Part shown: piece by piece, positions 27,351-38,115 of the stretch
Layout of the letters: every line of letters starts with the position of its first letter
Numbering within the stretch: position 1 is the first letter of the stretch
Assembly: GCF_016433145.1 (NCBI RefSeq)
Contig: NC_058131.1
Coordinates: 478,079,242 to 478,143,241 of the forward strand
Direction of reading: 5' to 3'
Source: Gracilinanus agilis
Taxonomy: Eukaryota
Length of the DNA stretch: 64,000 nucleotides
Position numbers and translations under genes: made by a program
The notes under the pieces: generated by a model
The model's database searches: none
What the model saw: only the letters and a program-made list of their open reading frames with translations
Told to the model about the DNA's origin: nothing

Positions 27351-28044
27351 GCTGCTGTTGCTTTTTTGGGGGAGGAGAGGAATAAAAACTCACATTAATA
27401 TAGCACTTTAAAGTTTACAAGGAAAGGAGTCTATTCCACTCCTTGCTGACTAGACCTTGACACAGTTTCAGATCTGAGCGCTCTGCTTAGCCCCAGGCAT
27501 AGAAGAAAGCACAGAAGAGGGAGGGTCACATAATTGACAGATTTTGTTCTGAAGAAGAGAACCAGGAGAGGCAGAAAGAAAGGTGGGCATGGTCTGGCAG
27601 CCCAAAGAGGGATGCTAAAACAGACTGGTAGAATTAAGGATGTTCATTTGTTTCAGGGAAAGAGAACAAAAGGCAAGAGGGGCAACAGGGGAAATTAGAT
27701 TCAAAGTAAGGGGAGACCATCAGTCAAAGAATAGCTGAAATGATGGGGAAAAGGCAGCTATGGTAACCCCCTCCTTAGGGACATCAAGGAAGAGTCCAGA
27801 CACCTCTCTACTTAGGATGCATTAGAGATTATTAAAAGCATGCTTTGTCCAGTACAGGGGGATGAGCCACATGACCTCCCCAAAGGTCATTCCTGTCCCA
27901 AAGGCTCAGGAGTGTGAAGGACACTAGATAAAAATAAAGTCCATTAATCACCAAGCTGCCAGATAATTTACCAAGAAAGCCTGAATACAGAAGGGGGAGG
28001 CTGCAGAGTCTTTGGCCTCATTCCAGGCAAAAAATAAAGGAGGT

Positions 28045-30130
28045 TAGAGAATGATATAAAATAAATCTACATAAATCATCAGTATTTCTATATTACTAAC
28101 AGTGTTCAGCAGGAAGAGATAGAAAGAGAAATAATATCTAAAATAACTACAAACAATATAAAATATTTAGGAGTCTACCTGCCAGGACAAACCCAAGAAG
28201 TATATGAACACAATTACTAAACACTTTTCATACAAATAAAGTCAGATCTAAATAATTGAAGAAATATTAATTGTTCATGGGTAGGCCAAGCCAATACAAT
28301 AAAAATGACAATCCTACCTAAATTACAAAAAAAATCATTTTAGTGATCTAGAAATTCACTCAAAAGAACAAAAGCTCAGCAATAGAAAAGGAATCAATTT
28401 TTAAAAGTGAAGGAAGGTGGTAGCAGTACAAGATCTCAAATAACAAGATCTCAAAGTAAAAATAAAGTGGTAATCATTTAAACAAGTTTCTACTGGCTAA
28501 AATAGAGTGGTGGATCAATGGGTACACAATAGGTACACAATACACAGTAATAAATGATCATAGTAATCTAATGTTTGGCAAATCCAAAGATGCAAGATTT
28601 GAGGACAAGAAATCACTATTTGACAAAAATTTCCAAGAAAACTGAAAAGCAGTTAGGCAAAAATTAGGTATAAATCATATACAAAGATACGGTCAAAATG
28701 AGTCCATGATTTAGACATAAATGGTAATATAAGAAAATTAGAGGAGCACAGAACACTTTACCTCATATTTACAGATAAGAGAAGAATTTGTTACCAAAGA
28801 AAGGATAGAGAACATTATGAGATATAAAATGAATAATTTTTATTACATAAAATTTAAAAAATTTCACACAAAACCAATGCAACCAAGATCAGAAGAAAAG
28901 TAGAAAATTGGGGGTGGGAGTGGGAATTTATAGCAAGTTTCTCTAATAAAGGCCTCATTTATCAAACATATAGAGGATTGAGTTAAATTTATAAAAATAA
29001 AGTCAATTCCCCAGTGGATAATGGTCATGAATAGGCAGTTTTCAGATAAAGAAATTAAAGCTATCTACAGTCATATGAAAAAATGTTGCAAATCACTATT
29101 GATTAGGGAAATGTAAATTAAAACAATTCTGAGGCACTACCTCACACCTATCAGATGGGCTAATATGTCAGAAAAAATGGCAAATATTGTAGGAGATGTG
29201 GAAAAATTGGGACATTAATGTACTGCTATTGGAGTTGTAAACTAATGTTCTGAAGGGCAATTTGGAACTATGCCAAAAGAGCTTTAAAATTGGGCATATC
29301 TTTTGACCCAGCAATACTACCACTACAGCTGTATCCCAAAGAGAACAGAGAAAAAAGAAAAGAGCCTATATGTACAAAAATATTTATAGTAGCTCTTTCT
29401 GTGGTGACAAAGAATTGGAAATTGAGGAGATTTTGTGGCATATGATTATGATGAAATATTATTGTGTTCCAAGAAATGAGGAACAAGGTGCTTTCAGAAC
29501 AACCTGGGAAGATTTGCATAAACTGATGCAAAGTGAAATGAGAAGAACTAGAAGAATATCATACACAGTAACAGCAATATTGTATGATAATCAGTTTAGA
29601 ATGACTTGGCTATTCTCAGCAATACAATGATCCAAGACAATTCCGGAGCGCTCATGATGAAAAATGCTATAAAGATCCCAAAGATCTGCTATAAAGATCT
29701 CCAAAGAAAGATCTGAGGAATTTGGAATGCAAATCCAAGCAAATTTTTTTCACTTTATTATTCTTGAGTTTTGAGGAGCTTTGAGGAGGTTTTGTTTTTT
29801 TGTTTTTTTTTTGGTCTGTGTTTTCTTTTATAACATGGCTAATATGGAAGTATCTTTTTTTTTAGATTTAAATATTTATTTTTTAGAAAAATTTTCCATG
29901 GTTACATGATTCATGTTTTTACTTTCCCCTTCACCCCCCCTCTCCACACTCACCCCATAGCCAAAGCACATTTCCACTGGTTTTAACATGTGGAAGTATC
30001 TTGCAAGCCATCTGTAATCTATATCAAATTGCCTTCTCAAGGAGGGAAGAAGGGAAAGAGGGAGGGAAAGATGAAACTCAACATTTTTTTACATTAAAAA
30101 TTTTAGTTTACATGTAATTACGAAAAATAT
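28045..30130 (+). mobile_element. L1 ORF2 C-terminus plus 3'UTR (deleted, degenerate), with a nested short antisense L1 3' fragment at about 29857-29989
   Basis: L1 motifs such as gaaatgtaaattaaaacaattctgaggcactacctcacacc and gagatgtggaaaaattgggacattaatg; nested insert flanked by (a/g)tggaagtatct direct repeats. Confidence 0.85.
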
Positions 30131-30317
30131 AAATTAAATGAAAAAATGGGGGATAGGCATTGCATAGGAGGGCCATAACTTCTGAGGCAAAAGAAATCCT
30201 TTGGAATCTGGCTCCCCAGTTGTAAAAGGGGAATGAGAGGAGTGGGAAGTGGTGTGTGCAGTGCAACAGGAAAGAGAAAATGGCATCAAAAGCAACATAA
30301 CAAGTCCTAAATAGTTT

Positions 30318-30520
30318 TTTTTTTCATTCTTTTTTTGGAAGGTGGAGAACCCTTACCTGCTGACTTAGTATCCATTCTAAGATAGGATAATGGTAACGAC
30401 TAGGCAATCAGGGTTAAGTGACTTGCCCAGGGTCACACAGCTAGGAAGTATCTGAGGCCAAATTTGAACCTCACATCTCTCAAATCTGGTACTCTATCTA
30501 TTGTGCTACCTAGTTGCTCC
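30318..30520 (-). mobile_element. SINE1_Mdo-type SINE
   Basis: TSD tcctaaat(a/g)gttt; gttaagtgacttgcccagggtcacacagctagg core. Confidence 0.85.
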
Positions 30521-32424
30521 TCCTAAATGGTTTCTATGAAGTCTACTACCCTGTGGTTACATAAGGAAGAGATACAGAAAGGGAGGAATGGGCAAGAGTA
30601 TCATGCCCAGCAAAGAAGCATCCAATAGGGAATATGGGGGCTGACATCTGAGGTTAAATAAGTAAAGAGAGTGACAGGTAGAAAAGGACTACAGTGTATG
30701 TTGAAAAAAATTAAGTTTAAAGTCAGAATTATCTGGGAATCCAATGCAAAAACTTTGTCATTTAAGAGCTAAATAATCTCAGTCTATGGGGAAATTCCTC
30801 ATGACATTATGTCACAAGAAGAGGACAGACAACTTTTAAAATCCAAAACAGACCAAGAGATAGGCATTATGGGTATATCCCATTTTCCTTTATACAGACA
30901 TGGAAATACCTTCTTTGGCAAGAAGATAAAACTACTGACCCTTCTTTGCAGAGGCCAAGGAAACGTCACATTTCATTGCCCTAGAACAACAGAGACCTTT
31001 AAGGAGCTAGCAGGCTAGGGGTATAGCAGATCAAGATAAATCTTTGATCTAGGAAGGCATGTGTTTGAGCTTCATCAAAGAAATGAAAACTGTGTCTATT
31101 GCCCAGGCTCAAAACCAGTACTATTTTACCTTAACTGTATGATGGAAAGATGTTGGAACATCTGGCCACTACCAATTTATTCTAGGATGGAATTATGTTA
31201 ATATGGGTCCATTCTACAAGAGTAACATACGCTCAAGATATTTAGACCTGAAAGATACCTTAGAGATCATCTGACACATCCATCTTATTTTACAGATAAG
31301 AAACTAAGGCTTAGAGATGCTATGACTTGCCCAGAGTCATACAGACAGTAAATAGAAAGGTTGGGTTTCAAACCCAGTTCTTCTGAAAGCAGATCCAGAG
31401 TTTTCTCCACAGTGTGCTGTTTCCCACTGATACTATCTGCTGAATAAGAATCATGAAGATTGGCGGGGTCTGGGGGAGTTTAACAACAAAATAAACTCTA
31501 GCTTTGTCACACTCTGTGACAGCTAGGTGGCACAGTGGGTAGGGCACTGGACCTGGAATCAGAAAGACATCTTCCTGAATTTAAATCTGATTTCAGATAC
31601 TAGCTGTATGACCTCAGGCAAGTCATCCATTCCTGTTTGTCTCAGTTTCTTCATCTGGAAAATGAAGTGGAGGAGGAAACAGCAAAGCACTCCAGAATGT
31701 TTGCCAAGAAAACCCCAAATGGGTTCAAAAATTTCAGACACAACTGAAATGACTCAATAATCACAACATATCACACTCTATTGAAACTAAATAAATTTTT
31801 AAGATCAAGATAGAGGGAGAATCACTACTCTACCTTAAGTCCTTCTCCCTGCTCTCTGCCCTCATTCCAATATATTATACAAGTATGCTCACAAGTGTAA
31901 ACATTATTTTAAAACATGAGGGGCTCATGTCTTCAGGACGTATCCCCACTGTCAGCATTGATATATTAAGTGATCCTCTAAACACTCTGTCCATTGCCTT
32001 TCTGGCATTCTGGAAGGGAGCTGGTGAGAGTAGCCACTTGTATATATAGAGTACCTTCTCAGATTGATGAAAGGAAAGATTAACAGGAATTTTGGTTTTA
32101 AGAGGTATTCTTGCTAGAGTAGAAGCAGAAAGTGTCCTGTACAATGAGAAGTTATCTAGGACAGAGAGCTTCCATCTGCAGAGAAGCAGACAATACTGTG
32201 GGGGCTATACTTGGAAAGAAGAACAAATCTTTCTCTTTATTAAGGCAGATCACATTTCCTTCTGTATATAAATCTTTGATAGACTCAGGTTTCTTGTCCC
32301 TAAACAAAACCACCATTTCTTTCTCACTGTCCTACTGAGGTATTATTTGCTAATCCCTACCTTCCAGAGATAGCCAGTCACTCATCAAAGAGACTTCAGT
32401 GAAGTAGAAAGAGTGTAAGTTCAA

Positions 32425-32870
32425 CAGGGAGGGGGAAGGAAGGAAGGAAGGAAGGAAGGAAGGAAGGAAGGAAGGAAGGAAGGAAGGAAGGAAGGAAGGA
32501 AGGAAGGAAGGAAGGGAGGGNNNNNNNNNNNNNNNNNNNNNNNNNNNNNNNNNNNNNNNNNNNNNNNNNNNNNNNNNNNNNNNNNNNNNNNNNNNNNNNN
32601 NNNNNNNNNNNNNNNNNNNNNNNNNNNNNNNNNNNNNNNNNNNNNNNNNNNNNNNNNNNNNNNNNNNNNNNNNNNNNNNNNNNNNNNNNNNNNNNNNNNN
32701 NNNNNNNNNNGGAAGGAGATGGGGAAAGAGAGAATGAGAAAGAAGAAAGAAAGGGAAAGAAAGGATAGAGAGGAGAGAATGAGGGAGAGGGAAAGGAAGA
32801 GGAAGGAAAGAGGAGAGAAAGAGGGAAAAAGAGAAAGAGGGAGGGTTAGAGGGTGGGAAAAAGGAAGAGA

Positions 32871-32936
<66 letters not shown>
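32425..32936. repeat. (GGAA)n, purine-rich tract and (GA)n spanning an N gap; CU-rich on the DPF3 sense strand
   Basis: Direct reading; gap at 32521-32710. Confidence 0.95.
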
Positions 32937-32938
<2 letters not shown>

Positions 32939-33362
32939 CCATGAAAGAGCGCAATGCCAGAGAGATGAACTACTGCAGCCCTGGACCCAGCAGGAATCTT
33001 GCTGTAGGGATCTTTCCATTTCACTTCTTTCCCCCTCATGCAGAAACACTCACAGAGGAAGTAGCAGCAGCAAAAGGAGAAGGAGAAGAAAGAAAAAAGA
33101 GGAGGAGGTGGCAGCTGCAGCAGCATTATTGTTCATCCTTCATAGTAGCAGCAGCAGCAGCAATAGCAGCAGCAGCAGCCCACAACATGCAAGCCAGAGA
33201 ACAACAAAAAAAAAAAAGTCTCCCTAAAAAGGAGAGGATGAGGAAACCCAGGGAGCAACTAAAGCCAGTTGTACCAGGCTGACAGCCAAGGGATTGTAAG
33301 GTACAGTAGAATGGGAGGATAGGGAAAGGGAGAGATAGGAAGAGCAGTGAGGCCATACTTAC

Positions 33363-33441
33363 TATCACAGACGTACGGTTTATCCTGGTCTTCCTGAGAG
33401 GAAGCATCATTCCTCCTCCTGCCACCAGCAGAACCACGGGC
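33363..33441 (-). CDS. DPF3: DPF3 coding exon (about exon 6), 79 bp, phase 0 to 1
   Basis: tctttatag|GCCCGTGGT...TGTGATA|gtaagt; encodes ARGSAGGRRRNDASSQEDQDKPYVCD(I), containing the first Cys of the C2H2 finger. Confidence 0.96.
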
Positions 33442-33739
33442 CTATAAAGAGAATTTAAGGATTTAGTCATGTGCTCTCTAGCTCCTCGTTTGGCCCCCAA
33501 GATCCTCTGAGCCTTACTGGTGCTTTACTATCAGAAACCTCAAATATTTCCATCTGATCTGCTTATACACTTTGCCATCCACTCTACCACTGAATCCTTA
33601 AGATATCTCTGCCTCTCGTAGTTCAGCTTTCTTCTATGTGTTCTCCCCCTAAAGTGGAATACAAAATCATTGAGAGATCTTGTGTCCCCAAGCCTTAGCA
33701 TAGTGCTTGGCACAAAGTAAGTGCTTAAGAATTTTATTT

Positions 33740-34325
33740 TTCACAAATAAAATAAAGTACAGTTAATCTAATAATAAAAAAAGAAAGAAAGAAGAGAATC
33801 AAATTAACAGTATTAAAGATGAAAAGGGTGATCTCACCTCTAATTAAGAGGAAATTAATGTATTAAGAATTACCTTGCTCAATTATATGGCAATAAATAT
33901 GACAATCTAAGTGAAATGGATGAATATTTATAAAATAAATTGCCTAGATTAACAAAAGAGGAAATAGAATACTTAAATAATCCCATCTCAGAAAAAGAAA
34001 TTGAACAAGCCATCAAGGAATTTCCTTAGAAAAAATCTCCAGGGCCAGATGGATTCACAAGTGAATTCTATCAAACATTTAAAGAACAATTAATTCCAAT
34101 ACTATACAAATTATTTGACAAAATAAGCAATGAAGGAGTTTTACCAAATTCCTTTTGTGACACAAATATAGTACTGATACCAAGCCAGGCAGACCAAAAA
34201 CAGAAAAAGAAAACTAAAACCAATCTCCTTAATGAACATAGATGCAAAAATCTTAAATAAAATACTAGCAAAAAGACTCCAGGAAGTTATCACAAGGATT
34301 ATTCACAATGATCAGGTGGTATTTA
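33740..34325 (+). mobile_element. L1 ORF2 RT-domain fragment
   Basis: Encodes [28 protein letters not shown], a canonical L1 ORF2 motif. Confidence 0.9.
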
Positions 34326-34351
34326 TGGGATTCTTGTTCAAGTTTAAGAAG

Positions 34352-34603
34352 ACAGGAGTTTTTAACTTGGGGTCCATGGAAATCTGTAAACTTAATTGAG
34401 AAAAAATTTCAATATTCAGGGATGTAATTAAGGGGAATCTGTAAACTTCAATGGGGAAAAAATGAATCTTCATATTCTCTAAACTCTAATTGAAGTTTAA
34501 CATTCCCTTTAATTATTTTGAAATATGATATTGAGAAGAGATCTATAGGTTTCATCAGTCTTGCAAAAGAGTCCATGACACAGAAAAGGCTAAGAACCCC
34601 TTT
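34352..34603. mobile_element. Old hAT/Charlie-like MITE
   Basis: caggagtttttaacttggggtccatg at the left end and gagtccatgacacagaaaaggctaagaacccct at the right (decayed caggggttcttaacct TIR). Confidence 0.5.
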
Positions 34604-35796
34604 TTCTATGCAATAACATTGTAAAGGGAAACAACTTTGAAAAGTTTTGAAGAACACTAGTCTAATCAACTGCAACTCCAGAGAACTGAGAATGAGACAT
34701 GCTACCATCCACTCTCCAGATAGAGAGGTGATAGACCTGAGGTACAGGAGACATACAAATTCATTCAGACATGGCCAGTGTGGAGATTCTCTTTTATCTG
34801 AATTTGCTCATTTGTTGCAGGGAGAATTTTTTTTTAATTTGGAAAGGATTTGAGGGGAAAAAATCAGGATAGTAGCAGTGATGCTAAAATATAAAAACAG
34901 AAGAGAGCCATTGAAATACTTTTTTAAATGTGCAGAAAAGAACCCAAAGTAAAATTCAGAGGGAAATACAGACAATAGGGCAATTTTGAAACTGACTTGT
35001 TCAATCTATTCCGTTTTTCCCTAAAAAGTAAGCTGTACCTAATAGACTTAAGGCTTCACACACAGTCCTTTTTTCCCACGCTTCATGAACACAAATAGTC
35101 ATGTTTCTTTGGTGTCTCTCAAGTTTAGAATGGCAAAAAATAGAAAAAAAAATTTGAGCTGTGTGTCCCTGGGAAAGTCACTTAATCCCCACCGCCTACT
35201 CCTTTCCACTCTTCTGCCTTGGAACCAATTCCCAATATTGATTATAAGATAGAAATTAAGAGTTAAAAAATTCTGTGGAGGGAAGTACCAGTGTAGAGAA
35301 ACAAACAGAAGAATTACTCAGCACAATAATAGACCTCTAAAGAAAGGGTTACTCACTGCTATGTAGTGTGATTTTCTATTTGATTTGACCAAAGCCCTAT
35401 TGCTTACTCCTAACCTCTAAATAAATGTTTATGATTTAAAAAAAAAAAAACAACAAATTTTCTTGGTGCCATAGAGGTGAAAGAATATAAACCAGACACA
35501 TCAAGAGAATAGCCTGATTTCTTCTCTTTGAGGTCAGGGCTCCCCAAGGCTGAACTTGGGTCTACTTGAGGTCAGAGTTGGAGAAAGTTTTCTTATGGGG
35601 ACTCTCCATGGGTAACACGCACTAGAGTTAATGATGTAATGCCTCCTCTTCCCTGATACCTTATAAAAAGTCTTTGAGGTTAGAGACCATTTTCTCTTGT
35701 CCCCAAGCACCTATTGCAGTGCCTATATGCACACATATAGCATACACACACATACATCTGCACACACCATTATGACTATAGTATTTGAGTATTTTT

Positions 35797-35985
35797 TTAA
35801 AACCCTTCCCTTCTGCCTTAGAATCCATACTAAGCATAGGTTCCAAGGCAGAAGAGAGGTAAGGGCTAGGCAACTGGGTTTAAGTGACTTGTCCAGGGTC
35901 ACAAAGCTAGAAAGTGTCTGAGGCTAGATTTAAACTTTCCATCTCTAGGCTTGACTCTCTATTCATTGAGCCGCCTAGCTGCCCT
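35797..35985 (-). mobile_element. SINE1_Mdo-type SINE
   Basis: Reverse-complement consensus; TSD tttgagtattttt. Confidence 0.85.
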
Positions 35986-36169
35986 TCTTTGAGTATTTTT
36001 AACCATAATACTGAGGGAGAGATTTTTAATCAATAATACTGAGGGACAGATTGGCTTCGTTAAATATAAGTACATAATAGTTGAAAACAACTATTTTCCA
36101 TTTGTATGGAATTAATTAAAATTAATTTTATTATATTATAGTTATATTATAAAATTTAAAAATCACAAC

Positions 36170-36224
36170 TGTAAGAGGGAAATAGGTTTTCCAAATCTGT
36201 TTTAAAACCTATTTCCCTCTTACA
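36170..36224. repeat. Perfect 21-bp inverted repeat with 13-nt loop, TG...CA ends and 4-bp TSD
   Basis: caac|tgtaagagggaaataggtttt ccaaatctgtttt aaaacctatttccctcttaca|caac. Confidence 0.9.
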
Positions 36225-37556
36225 CAACCCATGATCAAAATCCTAGGAATTGAAGGTACATATTGTGAAGAACTAGCTTATGGTGAATGTTGTTAAAGAT
36301 GCTAAAAGGGAAAGCGGCATGATTTCGTTCTCTGAAGAACTAAAAGTTTTAGGCCACATTTTGATCTGCCTAGGAAACTTTAAAGGCAACTAGGTGGCTC
36401 CATAGGGCAGAGTGCTGGGCCATGAGTCAGGAAGACTCAGCTTCCAGAGTTCAAATCTGGTCTCTGCTGTGTCACCCTGAGCAAGGAACTTAACCCTGTT
36501 GGCCTCAGTTTCCTTATCTGTAAAATAAGTTGGAGAAGGAAATGATAAGCCTTTCCAGGATCTTTGCCAAGGAAATCCCAAATGGGGGTCACAAAAAGTC
36601 GGACACCACTGACATAACTGAACAATAACAATGAATTTTTAAGATATAAGTAGTCCTAATTGAAGGCAAATTGGTGAGACTTTTAAAAGCTATAATTCTT
36701 TAATTCATAATGCAGTGGGAAAAGGACAAATCTTGGACTTGGGAAAGACCTGGATCCAAATCCTGGCTCTGATTCTTACTAGTTATATTTTCTTCCACAA
36801 ATTATTTAAACTCTTTAAATCTCCATTTCCTTATCTGTAAAATGAGGGTACAGCTATATTACACTCACACTCACAGGGAGAAAGTGGAGAAAGTACCTTG
36901 TCAAGTTAAGTCACCAAGGATTCATTAAGCTCCCACTATATGCTTGGCTCTTTGCTAAGCTCTGGAGATAAGAAGAAAGGCAAAAAGCAATCCCTGTCCT
37001 CAAGGACTTTACCATAAAGTATCATGTGTATATGAATTATTGTTATTATTATTTACCCAACAGGATCTTCACCTTGTACCAAAGGCTCAGTTCACTGATT
37101 CACTTGGGGATTTCAAAAAAGCTTTGAGTGGCTTTAAGTGAAAGAGAGAAGCCAGCTTTCCCATTATAACTTTAGCGAGAGCAAAATCTGAAATTTGGCA
37201 TTAGCCAGTAGAGAGGCATATTTAGCCTGGCCATGCCTCAAGCTAGATAGGTTCAAACCATCTGTAACAGTAATGTCTAGGTCATAGTTCTGGCTCCCCA
37301 AAACAAGGGAAGAGTCGAAAAAAGTTAGGAGCATGTGGATGCTGGAAGGAAATTGTGGGGAAAGTGATGGAAAAGAAAAAAAGAAAAAAACTAGGCCTGT
37401 TACCTTTCACACTCTCCCTTTACATACCAGGTCTCATCTCACACCTAGCTAATTATTCACAAAGACAGCAAATTAAGAAAAAAGACAGTGCTGAGGGGGT
37501 TGTCAAAAAGTAAATTACCTAATACGCTGTTGGCAGATATCTGAATTGACTTAACC

Positions 37557-37748
37557 CAGTGGTTCCGAAACCTTTTTGGCCTACCACCCCCTTTCCAGAA
37601 AAAAATTACTTAGCGCCCCTGGAAATTAATTTTTTTTAATTTTAATAGCAATTAATAGGAAAGATAAATGCACCTGTGTCCATCACCGCCTCCCTGGATC
37701 ACTGCAGCACCCACCAGGGGGTGGTGGCGCCTACTTTGGGAATCACTG
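37557..37748. mobile_element. 192-bp hAT MITE
   Basis: TIRs cagtggttccgaaa and tttgggaatcactg; 8-bp TSD acttaacc/gcttaacc; several intact CpGs. Confidence 0.85.
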
Positions 37749-37829
37749 GCTTAACCATTCCAGGAAATTTGGAATTATACTAAAATGTCCCTAGCCTTTG
37801 ACATGGAAATTTAACTCCTACTCTAAGCA

Positions 37830-38115
37830 AGTCAAAGAGAGAAAAAGGCTATATCTATCCCAAAAATATTCACAGCAGCACTTTTGAAGGTAGAAAATAA
37901 CTGGAAACAAAGTAGATACTTATCAACTGAGTGACAGCTAAATAAATTATGGCATATGAATAATAGAATATTACTGCACCATAAGAATTGATGGATGTGA
38001 AGAATTCAGGGTAGCATGGGTAGGCCTATGAACTGATGGACAAAGTGCCAGAAAACAATGTACACAGTGACTACAATTATGTAAACGAAATGAGAAATAA
38101 AAGTAACAAAACGAT
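37830..38115 (+). mobile_element. Old L1 3' fragment
   Basis: aaaatattcacagcagcactttt...aaataaattatggcatatgaat, L1 ORF2 end. Confidence 0.7.

Noticed and set aside
32350-33500. Long ORFs of up to 258 aa
   Set aside because: They translate (GGAA)n, (GA)n, (GCA)n and an N gap. Only exon 33363-33441 is supported, and in a different frame from ORF 33126..33500.
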